From the NCBI GenBank assembly GCA_038064675.1, contig JBBTSM010000003.1, positions 102,663-166,662 on the forward strand: a stretch of DNA of 64,000 nt, in the 5' to 3' direction. A program made the position numbers and the translations under genes. Source of the stretch: Patescibacteria group bacterium (GTDB lineage: Bacteria > Patescibacteriota > Patescibacteriia > UBA9934). Within the stretch, counting starts at the first letter, position 1. Each line of letters begins with the position of its first letter. Positions 16,701-26,139 of this stretch are shown in pieces. Below the pieces are notes generated by a model. It was given only the letters and a program-made list of their open reading frames with translations, searched no databases and had not been told where the DNA came from.

Positions 16701-19064
16701 ATCGGCCTCCAACCAGTTAGTGACAGGGCCAGCGGGAGCCGTGCCGCCCGTACCATCAGACGTTGAGTCTCCAATGACGGAGATGATATCGCCGATTCCT
16801 ATGTGGTCGCGGTGATCATGCTGAAGAGCGTCAACGGATAGCGAACTGCCATCGCCAAGAATCTCGTACGCATCGAGGGTGTACTCCGCTTTCGCTAACC
16901 CAGAAAAAGCCGCGGTGTAAGCCGGACCAGCAAGGTCGTTGATTGTTTGTTCTCCTGCGAGCCCTTGATTTAAAATGAAGCGTATCCCCCCTCCCGTTGG
17001 AATGTCGTCGACGGTAGCGACGGCATTCAACGTGGAAGATGTTTGGATGTACGGAATGTAAAAGGTGCCATTTTCGTCGTCGATTTGTAAGGTGGCGGTG
17101 TCTGGCTCGGCAACAACACCGGCGGCTGGCGAGGTAATTAATAAGGTGGGGGCTGGGGCCGGTGGCGGGAGGGTTCCGGCAAAGTGAACGTCGTCAAAAT
17201 AGGCGTCGGCAACGGTCGTGTTTCTTCCAAGTGCAAAGGTGCCGTTAGGAAAACGATCAACAGTGTCAGTAAACGTAACCGTTGGAGTCAAGGGTTTCTC
17301 TGCTCCTTGTTTCCAGGCGTAGACGTTGATAACGGGCAAGCTGGAACCATTGTTTATGACGGAAGCCTCAACGTTGGTCCAGCCATTTTGCACAAACGGA
17401 ACAACGGTCGTCGCCGAACCGGTCGCAAGCGAGGTGAAGGTTGCCCCAACCTGAGAACTAATGGTCCAAACGCTGCCGTTATGCCAAACAAGGTATCCGT
17501 CATTATTTGCCTGACGGCGCAACCACGCATACCCGGAGGTGTTGTTGACCAAGTTTGATCTGAACCGATAGGAAATAACTTGATTCAGCGTGGTCGAACT
17601 TCCGTTCACCGCCATGTTCGTGATATAACTCGTGGTCGCTGATCCGGAAAGAAGGCGATCCGGTGAAACATCGGCAATCGTCCAAGTTCCGCCCTCACTC
17701 GTCCAACCATTTTGACCAACGACCGTTCCCGTATTTAACGCGTCAAAAGAATCCGCAAAAAGTTCTGTATACGGTGTTTCGCTTACAAACTGTGGTGTTC
17801 CGTAGACGTTTGAAGAATCGTAAGGAAACAAAGTGTAGTAATAGAGCGTACCATTCGTTAAGCCAGAGTGTGTGGTGCTACTATTTCCTCCGGACGATCC
17901 AGCAATGTCAGCAACCAGCGTTCCATCTGTTGGCGTCGCGGGGTACGCAGACGTACTCACGCGAACCATTGTTCCAGCATATGCGGCAAACATGGGATTT
18001 TTCCAACTGAGAGTATTAGAACCATCGCCAGGAATCACTCGCACAAAGGAGTCACCGCTCATTCCAGCATAGAGAATATTGTCGTACTCCGCGGCGACGG
18101 TGGAGGATTTTCCCACCGAAAAGACCCCTTGAGCAAAACGATTGACCGTGTCCGTAGCGGTTGCCGTTGGCGTGGAAGGCTTGGCCGTTCCCCGCACCCA
18201 CACATAGGCGGTGAGCACCGGCAAACCTGCGGAATTATTGACCACGGAAAATTCATAAGTATACCAAGTGTTGGCAAGTTGAGTAAAGGCTCCGGTTGCC
18301 ATACTGGTAAAGGAGGCTCCGGTAGTGGGTTTATAGCTAATGCGCAAAACTCCGCCTCCTTGGGTCAACACGTATCCACCGGCGTCCGCCGTGGCGGATT
18401 GGGCGCGCAAAAAGAGTTGCCCAGGAGCGTTAATGGTTGTTCCCTTCCAGTCTGCGCGGACCATTTGATTACTGTAGGCAGCTACATTGCCACCGTTTAA
18501 CACGCGATGCTGATCAAAAGTTAGGTTTTCCGTGCCGCTTTTGAGCGTTTGTTCGCCAGCGGTATCGACAATACTCCAGGTGCCCGCCACCGTAGCCCAA
18601 CCATTCTGACCGCTGACCGCCGCCACGTTGAGCGACTCAAAATCATCACTGAAGACCGTTTGCATAACTAATTGCTGAGTATTTACTGCAGAACTGTATT
18701 CTGGCGTGCCATCATGAGAAAAGAGGGAGAAATAGTACACGGTTCCATTCGTTAAACCGGTGATGGTGTACGAACTCGTCCCGCTTGGCGAACCAGCAAC
18801 ATCGGATGCGAGTGTCCCATCACTTACTGACGTTGGAAATGCGGTCGAGCTATAGCGCACCATAACTCCTGTAAATCCAACATCAGCAGGGTTCGTCCAT
18901 GAAAGAGTCACCTGTCCGTTGGCCGGAACGGGAACAACGTTCGCTACAGTTGCCGGTGCCGCACCAAATGCAAATGGAGAATACAAAAATGTTCCCGCAA
19001 GGAATCCAAATCCCAAACTGAGCCCAAGAACAACAATAAGAATATGGTGAGCCCGAATGGTCAT
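13740..19064 (-). CDS. Large surface protein (~1774 aa): FN3 domains, lectin-like domains, SGNH/GDSL hydrolase, Ig-like repeats and shared C-terminal module
   Basis: N-terminal TM/signal; FN3 motifs (LSWTNP..GLTNGTVYYF); GDSTSDG..HPNAAGY; three DxNG.ID..V.TFS.DLD repeats; PNGG domain. Confidence 0.8.
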   Translation of the reverse strand: MTIRAHHILIVVLGLSLGFGFLAGTFLYSPFAFGAAPATVANVVPVPANGQVTLSWTNPADVGFTGVMVRYSSTAFPTSVSDGTLASDVAGSPSGTSSYTITGLTNGTVYYFSLFSHDGTPEYSSAVNTQQLVMQTVFSDDFESLNVAAVSGQNGWATVAGTWSIVDTAGEQTLKSGTENLTFDQHRVLNGGNVAAYSNQMVRADWKGTTINAPGQLFLRAQSATADAGGYVLTQGGGVLRISYKPTTGASFTSMATGAFTQLANTWYTYEFSVVNNSAGLPVLTAYVWVRGTAKPSTPTATATDTVNRFAQGVFSVGKSSTVAAEYDNILYAGMSGDSFVRVIPGDGSNTLSWKNPMFAAYAGTMVRVSTSAYPATPTDGTLVADIAGSSGGNSSTTHSGLTNGTLYYYTLFPYDSSNVYGTPQFVSETPYTELFADSFDALNTGTVVGQNGWTSEGGTWTIADVSPDRLLSGSATTSYITNMAVNGSSTTLNQVISYRFRSNLVNNTSGYAWLRRQANNDGYLVWHNGSVWTISSQVGATFTSLATGSATTVVPFVQNGWTNVEASVINNGSSLPVINVYAWKQGAEKPLTPTVTFTDTVDRFPNGTFALGRNTTVADAYFDDVHFAGTLPPPAPAPTLLITSPAAGVVAEPDTATLQIDDENGTFYIPYIQTSSTLNAVATVDDIPTGGGIRFILNQGLAGEQTINDLAGPAYTAAFSGLAKAEYTLDAYEILGDGSSLSVDALQHDHRDHIGIGDIISVIGDSTSDGTGGTAPAGPVTNWLEADAGSLSLDHRNFPQNDPSDALFKESFLTDLNDQLSAYYGYPVFLMNEGHLGIRASNYQSAVMVSNWTTRELALAPTKWIVALGNGDSQVLHSAATYRADMESLFNTLIGTYGASYDDIYVPYPFYDSRADIVDVLATYPAAIDAMRSELGLGGGADFFFTFQNYKPAEYNGVHPNAAGYERIARLWALAFMQPTALTISAVTATQATVNWSSITAFEPTIAGYHVKYGTASNALTQTATFGDVTTGIVTGLTPNTVYYFAVEAYDNDANFASVSDRSNVLSTTTQSVASMASATTADTNTNGYLDSVVVTFSQDLDGSTIAGSDFAVSGYTISSASETAAGVVTIVLSEGPSVDTGATPLVTIVGSVSNASGNVTTSGALTPTDSALPILTSAVAQDIDANGYIDRVVALFSEDLDGSTVSGSDITVAGYVVTSASETSAGAVTIVFTEGSSVDTGATPLVSLVGDVADGVGNVRASGSVTPSDAATPVLLSGATQDFDANGKIDRIVLTFSKDLDAATVADTDFFVALYAVTDAVEASAGVVTLSLTEGSFYDTGLTPLVTIIGSVSDTLGNVASSGFVTPTDTAPPSIVAITPADGSVAVLRSINVTATFSESMNVSTVTYTLAPEVNGCAATWSAGETVLTLTHPSLLAPTTSYTFTVTGGNDTAGVPFGGTLAGVTHPATFTTVPSDSSNDEESAPSVVPVLSLITPNGGDSLLAAQHAFISWSSTNDTAIPFVTLAYSLDDGVSYTAIATNIQNTGSYTWTVPNVSTTNARVLIEGGDLLTIGAQDMSDDTFSISGILSGDGAVEAGDGTETPSTTVVYEGQGRSPFNGLSESVTEVSVGDLIQSPNYPTVYYVGAGGRRHPFIDNQTLYTYIISRSEIKMVTDATLPQMVVGAPMLPNPGTVLVKVQSDHRVYWLETSGTGTALRWMTNEVLVRDIFGASWADYVIDIPPTLYSRFLHGSDISAPFFVDRSQLRARQDLHE

Positions 19065-19200
19065 AACGTAGTGCCAGTATACCACGATATGTCGTGATAG
19101 AATTGCAACAGCTATGATTAGCCTCCTTCTCTGGGACATCTACGAAATCAGCTCCCCCGCCTCTCTCCAGGGCGTTATGCTTCGCGGTCGCATTACAACG

Positions 19201-20202
19201 CTAAAGCTTTTCCAGCAGCTGCATTAATCCAACTTCATGAACGTGGAGTAAGGGATATTTCTTTCGCAACGTTTCGCGTGGAGCCTTCCAGGTGAGTTTT
19301 CCTTTGGCGTACAACGAAAGCACGTCGGGATGGATATAGGATTTTTTACAGACCGCAACCGTGTTGCCGAGCGCGTCGGCAGCGCGCTGAACTGCGACCT
19401 TGATATCGCGTTGAACGTCGCGTTTTGTTTTTGCGACAGGTCGATCCCAAAGATACGACGCGGCGATAACCGTGCCGTGCCACGTTCGGAAATCTTTTGC
19501 GGTAATCTCTTCCTTGGAAATCGATTTCAAGTATTCGTTCACGTCGTCAGACTGCACGTCGTGTGGTCTGCCGTCGTGATCAATATATTCAAAAAGCTTT
19601 TGTCCAGGAATGTCGTGGCATATTGCAACGATTTTTCGCAATCGCTCGTCCTCAATAGGAAACTCGTGCGCAATGCCATCCTTCCCATCGAATGCTAATT
19701 CCATGTGCTCCCCCGTTCCTTTCACGTGCCGATTACGGAGCGTCGTTAATCCGAACGAATGGTTGTCTTTTGCATATTCCTCGTTGCCGATGCGAATAAA
19801 TGCCGTGTCGAGCAGCCGCACGATAGCTGCCAGCACTTTTTCCTTCGGCATTCCACGCAGCCGAAGATCGCTCTCGACTTTTCTGCGAATCCGAGGAAGT
19901 GCCGCAACAAACTCGCTCATGCGATGAAACTTTCCCTCGTTCTGTTTTGCAATCCAGTCGGGATGATAGATGTACTGCTTGCGTCTTCGTGCATCGAGCG
20001 CCGTTGCCTGAATGTGTCCATTCACAAACGGACAGATCCACACGTTTGTATACGCCGGAGGAATTCCGAGCGAACGAATGCGATCCAATATTTTTCGATT
20101 ACGAATCTTTCCTCCCTTCTCGTCGCGATATGCAACGCCGAAAAATCCCTTCGCACGAGAGAAACCTGGGACCTCATCGGTGACGTATCGAAGCCGCATC
20201 AT
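19201..20202 (-). CDS. DNA topoisomerase IB (bacterial, poxvirus-like)
   Basis: IPPAYTNVWIC, GHIQAT, RKQYIYH, RIGNEEY, GLTTLR, GKDG, KDFRTW, LGNT..VCKKSYIHP. Start at 20202 or 20199. Confidence 0.93.
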   Translation of the reverse strand: MMRLRYVTDEVPGFSRAKGFFGVAYRDEKGGKIRNRKILDRIRSLGIPPAYTNVWICPFVNGHIQATALDARRRKQYIYHPDWIAKQNEGKFHRMSEFVAALPRIRRKVESDLRLRGMPKEKVLAAIVRLLDTAFIRIGNEEYAKDNHSFGLTTLRNRHVKGTGEHMELAFDGKDGIAHEFPIEDERLRKIVAICHDIPGQKLFEYIDHDGRPHDVQSDDVNEYLKSISKEEITAKDFRTWHGTVIAASYLWDRPVAKTKRDVQRDIKVAVQRAADALGNTVAVCKKSYIHPDVLSLYAKGKLTWKAPRETLRKKYPLLHVHEVGLMQLLEKL

Positions 20203-20284
20203 TGTAGTATAGCAAGCCGCGCTCCACACACTGATGTGTTTTACAATTGAAAAGACCACACCCGCGAGAGCGCGGCCCTTCATG

Positions 20285-21076
20285 TCAGCGCGTAGCTGAC
20301 AAGGACGACGCTCCGCCGAATGCGGTCTCCGTAGTGGGAATCATCTCGTATCGATTTTTCTGCGCATCGAAACGGATACTGTTCTGATCGAGTGCGATCG
20401 TACGAGTACCATCTTTCACTCCACTCCCCCAAGGCAACTGGATGAGGGAAAGGACGAAGACACCGCTCTCGATCTGCGCGGCCCACGCGCCAGTAGAAAC
20501 GCCCGCCTCACGAAGGGCAAGCTCCAGCCAAACGCGCACGCCCTCCGTCATGTCCATGTCGCCACAGACCATGAAGAGTGACGGATGATGGGTCGAGATC
20601 TGACCGAGCGCGTTCCAATGCTTCGACGACCCAAAGTCAGAACGAAAGCCGGTGGCTGCCCACCCGCTCCAGTCCCACACCTCGAGCACCGTCGAAAGAA
20701 GATGGGACGGAATGGAGAGCGCGGCCGGCGCAGAGAGCAGCGCGTCCCAGTGCTTGGGGTCTTTTTGACTGGGAACAGTAGCGGGAATCAGCATCTGCCC
20801 GAGCACCTTCGCGTTCTGGTACTCGGGTGAATTGGAACTCACGGGCCCCGTGCTGAGCAGGCGGATGAGTTCCTTGCAGCTTGCCAGCCCGAGCTGTACC
20901 TGCCTCAAATAAGGACGGAGTTGCAACAGATGCTGTTTCAGTGCCTCGTCAGTCTGCGCCGCGACGAACCCGTCGTGCACGAGCGGCAGCGCCCGGGCCA
21001 GCATGCCAACCAGCGCCGTAAGCACCGCCTGATTCATCGCGCGCTCTTCGGGGCTTTCGCCGATCTTTTTATCCAT
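20285..21076 (-). CDS. Hypothetical protein (GC-rich orphan)
   Basis: 263-aa ORF with GGAG upstream of the ATG. Confidence 0.6.
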   Translation of the reverse strand: MDKKIGESPEERAMNQAVLTALVGMLARALPLVHDGFVAAQTDEALKQHLLQLRPYLRQVQLGLASCKELIRLLSTGPVSSNSPEYQNAKVLGQMLIPATVPSQKDPKHWDALLSAPAALSIPSHLLSTVLEVWDWSGWAATGFRSDFGSSKHWNALGQISTHHPSLFMVCGDMDMTEGVRVWLELALREAGVSTGAWAAQIESGVFVLSLIQLPWGSGVKDGTRTIALDQNSIRFDAQKNRYEMIPTTETAFGGASSLSATR

Positions 21077-21194
21077 GTGTCACTCCAAGTGGACGATAAA
21101 CCTTAACATAATGCCTTCTTCAAGGCAAACCGAAACCCCTCAAAAGGATCGTTTCTTCATTCTCCACATTCTGGGCTCGTGCTACACTTTCCGC

Positions 21195-21929
21195 ATGAAA
21201 AAGCCTCAACGAATCCTCCTGAAACTTTCTGGAGAACAGTTCGCAGGAAAAGAGAAGTTTGGTATTGATACGGATTTTATTCTTGGGCTCGCCGAAGAAC
21301 TTCACGAAGTAGTAAAAGCAACCGGAGCACAGATCGTTATCGTGGTTGGCGGTGGAAACTTTTTACGCGGTGCGACACTTTCAAAAAATGAAGTGATGAT
21401 TGAACGAGCAACAGCAGATTACATGGGCATGCTCGCCACAGTAATGAACGGCATGGCACTCGTGGATATCCTTGAACATTTCGGCCAGCCAGCGCGACTG
21501 CAGACGCGCATCAAGATCGACGTGGTCGCAGAACCGTTCATTCGCCGACGTGCCATCCGCCACCTCGAGAAAGGCCGCATCGTCATCATCGGCGGCGGCA
21601 CCGGCAATCCGTATGTCACAACCGACACCGCCGCAGTTTCAACAGCCCTCGAGCTTGGGTGTGACATCGTGCTCAAGGCAACAAAGGTCGATGGGGTGTA
21701 TTCCAAAGATCCGAACAAGTACAACGACGCGGTAAAGCTCGAATCCATCTCACACCTCGATGCCATTCGCGATGAGAACATTTCCGTTATGGACAACGCC
21801 GCCGTGAGCCTTGCGATGGATAACGGTTTGCAAATTCGCGTGTTTGATCTGCTTACTCGAGGAAACATTCAGCGTATCGTGAACGGCGAGAATATCGGAA
21901 CGCTCGTCAGTAAGCACCCGTTGGCATGA
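21195..21929 (+). CDS. pyrH: UMP kinase
   Basis: RILLKLSGE, VVGGGNFLRG, ADYMGMLAT, GGTGNPYVTTD, KVDGVY; ATG at 21195. Confidence 0.97.
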   Translation: MKKPQRILLKLSGEQFAGKEKFGIDTDFILGLAEELHEVVKATGAQIVIVVGGGNFLRGATLSKNEVMIERATADYMGMLATVMNGMALVDILEHFGQPARLQTRIKIDVVAEPFIRRRAIRHLEKGRIVIIGGGTGNPYVTTDTAAVSTALELGCDIVLKATKVDGVYSKDPNKYNDAVKLESISHLDAIRDENISVMDNAAVSLAMDNGLQIRVFDLLTRGNIQRIVNGENIGTLVSKHPLA

Positions 21930-21965
21930 TAGAATTGGGGTAATCATTCCTCAGATCTTCCCTGT

Positions 21966-24767
21966 ATGGTTCGAATTCCTAGGACGCTCATGGGTGCAGC
22001 GGTAGGGCTTGGCCTTGCAGCCGGAAGCATAGAACACACAGAGGCGAAAGATTTTCCTACGGTAGAATCAACGAACGCCGGATTCCCTTTTGAAACGCTT
22101 GCAAAAAGTGAAGACGCAAACAACGTTCAGACGCTTCTTGAACACGTCAACGAATGGGCGTATCGAGAAGATGCCACCTCAACCGCAAAAGATCTTGCGA
22201 AGAAATTTCCGTATCTCTTCATTGCCAACAACCGCAGCCTTCTCGACTCGGGAATTCCCTGGGCACACGACGCGCTGCTTATTGCACTCCAAACAGATCC
22301 AGAGAACGGAACCTCATACGATTCGCACGATCTGTTCCGAATACTCAACGTGAACGATTCACGAATTGAGGAACTTTTGGAAGAATCCATGGAGCATCGA
22401 TACGGGGAGATTATTAACGCTTCCTGGTATCTTCCAAATTGGACGGCGCTCACGGCAAATGAAAAAAGACTTATACGGCAAGCCGTTGTCGTTCTTCCAA
22501 CCAAAAACCCCATATTCTTCTTTCAAAGCGTATTTTCCGATCGTGGAAAATTTGGAGAGATTGTCCCAGATGCAACAGAACGGGATCATCTCGCTGAGGC
22601 CGCAGCGGTGCACGCAATTGTTTCTGGAAAAACGGAAGATTTAGAAACCATGGCGCAATACGCAGAATCCTCTGGCGATATTCGTGCAATTATTGCGAAT
22701 GGCTATGGATGGGACCAGTTTCTTGATCGATGTTCCGAACAGGTCCCAGGAACCGTCATGAGCAGTTTACTCATAGGAAGAAAAACATTTCTCCCCCTCA
22801 CCACCGAAGACAAACGCATGGAGTTGTACCGCCATGCCGCAAGACGCGCACCAAGAAGTCTTGTTGACGAATGGTCACGGAATCGTGGCAAAAAGAGTGT
22901 CGTGAGCCACGAGAATGAACGTGAATTTCTCTATCATGTTGGCGAAGCATGGACGCATTTCATCATGAATGACCTCGTGCATTTTTATCCGAAGCTCCTT
23001 ACACGAGAAGCCATGACGCAGTTCCCGCAGATCCACAATGCACTGCTTGATGCGGCAGAACACAATCCAGCTCGTCTTTTAGATGTTTTGGAAAGCGACC
23101 CAGAATATGCTGCAGAAATTGATATCACGGAATATCGCGAAATAGCCGCCAGAAACGTGATAGCAAAGCGAGCGTGGATTGATAATTCACCACAAATGCA
23201 TTCGACATACACTGGAAAGCAGACACTAAATACGTTTATGTATTTTGCCGGCCTTCCTAATGAAGCAACGCTTACAGAATCGTGGTTCCGACAATCCGCT
23301 ATGGACATTCCGGCAACAACGCTCCGCGCGCTTTCTAGCAAAACCCAGCGAGAACCATGGTTTAGTATTGCCCAACGCACGAGCGTTCTGTACGTTCTCG
23401 ATAAAACTCCAACGGATGTTGATGCATTTCTTGTTGAAACGAAAAATGCTTCGCTCCCTTTTGACGACCTTGAGCTTCTGTTGGGCGCGCGAGCAAAGGA
23501 CGACTTTGGAAAAGCCATGAATGACGCTAATACGCTTCTCCTGAAAAATGGAGGCTACGATCCAAATCTTGCGTACCGTCTCCTGTGGATTCTTGAACAA
23601 TCCCAACCGTACGAGTTCGCTGCATGGGTACGAAAAAATACCCCAGCGGGAAGTGCAACGCCAGAACTCGGGGCATGGCAAGACGCACTCACGAGTGATC
23701 AATGGGACGGACTTGTTGCCCACGCGAATCGCATTGAAGCAGACAAAACATACGAAAGGCTTGCTGTATCAACCGTTGGAACGGGATTCCGATTTGACGC
23801 AACAATATTGGATGACGTTGCCGGCATGAACTATCGTCATCGCATCGAAACAACCGTGCCGGCAGGCCATCCGCTTGGACCAATTCCCGGAGAAAACTTT
23901 ATCAGTGTTCCGATGATTGCGTTCGAAACGGTTGCGACATCAGCACCATTTGGCGCGTACATCGACGCACACGCGAGCGATCGTCTTTCATTCGTCAATG
24001 TATGTTCCATTGCCCAAGCAACATGGAGACGATTGCGTGATCTTCGTCTTGAACCAACGCCAGAGAATATTGGACGAGCACTGCAGGACGTAAATACACA
24101 ATGGGAGCAGATAAAGGATATTGAGATATTCGGCCCACATACCAAGCTCATTACCATCGCCAACCACGAGGAACGATTCAACAACACACAAATCATCAAT
24201 CAACTCCTCGTTGGTCATGGTGGGAGCGCATCACAAGTCATTTTCCAAGGAAAAGGTCCAAGAGATAAATACAAAATCCTTGAAGCCATTAGTACGCAAA
24301 GTACCGCCCCTGTAACTATCGTGTTCAATGGTCATGGAAACCGCCTAGGAATCCATCTCGATACACAAACACCAATCACGCCAAGCGACCTTGGCGATGC
24401 GCTCATCGATTCCCAAAACATCAGCAACACGAGACTCGTCATCGACTCCTGCTATAGCTACGACTATGCCGATAAGGTCCTGCAGTATATTCGTGGAAGA
24501 GAAGTTGATGCGTCTGGGCTGATCATCATCACGGAATCAAATCAGGATGCGCTTGGCTTTGGCGTTGTTGGTGGCAGCAATATCCTTGATAGCCAATATC
24601 TTACCGCAGTAAATGCTCAGGCTCCGGACAGGCCAATTACCGTAGAAACCTTCAGGCAAGCTGAAAGTGCCGTGTGGTTTTCAGAAGACCCAAGCATCAC
24701 CGTGGGCCTTCCGTTTTCTGCGGGATGGATGACGGGAATTGAGGTTGCGGACGCAGGAACCGAATAA
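21966..24767 (+). CDS. Large exported protein with a C-terminal caspase/legumain-like (clan CD) peptidase domain
   Basis: Hydrophobic N-terminus; IVFNGHG...LVIDSCYS gives the His-Gly/Cys dyad pattern. Confidence 0.6.
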   Translation: MVRIPRTLMGAAVGLGLAAGSIEHTEAKDFPTVESTNAGFPFETLAKSEDANNVQTLLEHVNEWAYREDATSTAKDLAKKFPYLFIANNRSLLDSGIPWAHDALLIALQTDPENGTSYDSHDLFRILNVNDSRIEELLEESMEHRYGEIINASWYLPNWTALTANEKRLIRQAVVVLPTKNPIFFFQSVFSDRGKFGEIVPDATERDHLAEAAAVHAIVSGKTEDLETMAQYAESSGDIRAIIANGYGWDQFLDRCSEQVPGTVMSSLLIGRKTFLPLTTEDKRMELYRHAARRAPRSLVDEWSRNRGKKSVVSHENEREFLYHVGEAWTHFIMNDLVHFYPKLLTREAMTQFPQIHNALLDAAEHNPARLLDVLESDPEYAAEIDITEYREIAARNVIAKRAWIDNSPQMHSTYTGKQTLNTFMYFAGLPNEATLTESWFRQSAMDIPATTLRALSSKTQREPWFSIAQRTSVLYVLDKTPTDVDAFLVETKNASLPFDDLELLLGARAKDDFGKAMNDANTLLLKNGGYDPNLAYRLLWILEQSQPYEFAAWVRKNTPAGSATPELGAWQDALTSDQWDGLVAHANRIEADKTYERLAVSTVGTGFRFDATILDDVAGMNYRHRIETTVPAGHPLGPIPGENFISVPMIAFETVATSAPFGAYIDAHASDRLSFVNVCSIAQATWRRLRDLRLEPTPENIGRALQDVNTQWEQIKDIEIFGPHTKLITIANHEERFNNTQIINQLLVGHGGSASQVIFQGKGPRDKYKILEAISTQSTAPVTIVFNGHGNRLGIHLDTQTPITPSDLGDALIDSQNISNTRLVIDSCYSYDYADKVLQYIRGREVDASGLIIITESNQDALGFGVVGGSNILDSQYLTAVNAQAPDRPITVETFRQAESAVWFSEDPSITVGLPFSAGWMTGIEVADAGTE

Positions 24768-24770
24768 TCG

Positions 24771-25985
24771 CTAGACCGGAATCGCAACCGATGTTTGCGC
24801 TCCGGACTCCATATCCTTCTCAATCATCATTCCCTTCGCAAGTTCTTCTGGCGAGATGATAATCACGTTTTTCGCACCGATACGATTCGCGAGCGTGAGC
24901 TGCTTCTTCAGATCAAACGGCGGAACCGCAAGAAGAACAGTTCGACCAGACAATCGGAGTGATCGGGCAATAGATCCGGCGGCAGACGATTCTGCTTGAG
25001 TAGCCGGAATGATTAGCCTCTTTTCTGCTTCGATTCCGATCATCGTTTTCCCCTGCGCTTCCAGTGCCGCAAAGAACGACACGTCGCTCACCGCAAATCC
25101 CACCGCACTCATTGGCTTGCCACCAACAGCCTGCAGGAGATCGTTGTATCTTCCACCACCAAACATCGCTCTGCGATATTCTCCGCTCGTGCTGAATACT
25201 TCGAACACCATACCGGTGTAGTACGAGAATCCGCGGATAAGCGACGGATCGTATGCCAGCTGCGTCCAGCCGAGCGCTAAAACAGCATCCATGATCGCTT
25301 CCAATCGTTCGCTCGGTTTCATCTCCTCGATACACGTCAGATCGCCAATAGTGATTGTCGCGTTAATCGTTTGAAGCTGCGCAAGGAATTCCTCAGTCGT
25401 CAGTTTTCCACGTTCGTCGAGGAGTGTTAAGAATTGTCCGCGCTTGTCGTCGGAAATCTTGAGCCCGTTGCAGATCACGTCGAATGAGGCGCGATCGTTC
25501 ACACGCATTTCGATCTTTGTCATATCCATCCCATTCGCTTGAACAATGGAAAGCGCGAGATCGATCGCCTCAACATCGGCCTCTACACTATCCGATCCCA
25601 GGAAGTCGATGTTCAGTTGCATAAAGTTTCGTGATCGGCCCTTTTGTGGTCGCTCGTACCGCCAACAATCTGCAAAGCTAAACCAGCGCAACAACGGCGG
25701 GAGCTGACCTTGTCTGTTCGCAACCATTCGCGCCAACGACGGCGTGAGCTCCGGCCTCACAACAATCTTCTCTCCCCCACGATCCGTGAACACATACGAC
25801 TGTCGCTCAACAATTTCCGCACTCGACTTTGCTTCATACAACACCAATGGCTCCAAAATCGGCGCTTCATACTCCTCGTATCCCGCACGTTCCAACACCA
25901 CCCGGCTCGCATTCGCAAACGCGTTTCGTTTGCGCATATCTGCCGGGTACAAACTCTGAGTTCCTCGTAATGGTTGAATCTGCAT
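24771..25985 (-). CDS. hisS: Histidine--tRNA ligase
   Basis: RPELTPSLAR, WRYERPQKGR, LIRGFSYYTG, GGGRYNDL. Confidence 0.97.
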   Translation of the reverse strand: MQIQPLRGTQSLYPADMRKRNAFANASRVVLERAGYEEYEAPILEPLVLYEAKSSAEIVERQSYVFTDRGGEKIVVRPELTPSLARMVANRQGQLPPLLRWFSFADCWRYERPQKGRSRNFMQLNIDFLGSDSVEADVEAIDLALSIVQANGMDMTKIEMRVNDRASFDVICNGLKISDDKRGQFLTLLDERGKLTTEEFLAQLQTINATITIGDLTCIEEMKPSERLEAIMDAVLALGWTQLAYDPSLIRGFSYYTGMVFEVFSTSGEYRRAMFGGGRYNDLLQAVGGKPMSAVGFAVSDVSFFAALEAQGKTMIGIEAEKRLIIPATQAESSAAGSIARSLRLSGRTVLLAVPPFDLKKQLTLANRIGAKNVIIISPEELAKGMMIEKDMESGAQTSVAIPV

Positions 25986-26139
25986 ATCGGTTTGTTATGA
26001 ATAAAAAAGTCCGCCTGATAAGCGGATTTCTTTGTGGTCATTATGAGAACAACACCAAACAGATCCGCTTATGCAAAGCGGAGATGATGGAAAACATTCA
26101 TGGTGTCGCGTGAGAACGTCATATCGGTATCACTTTACC

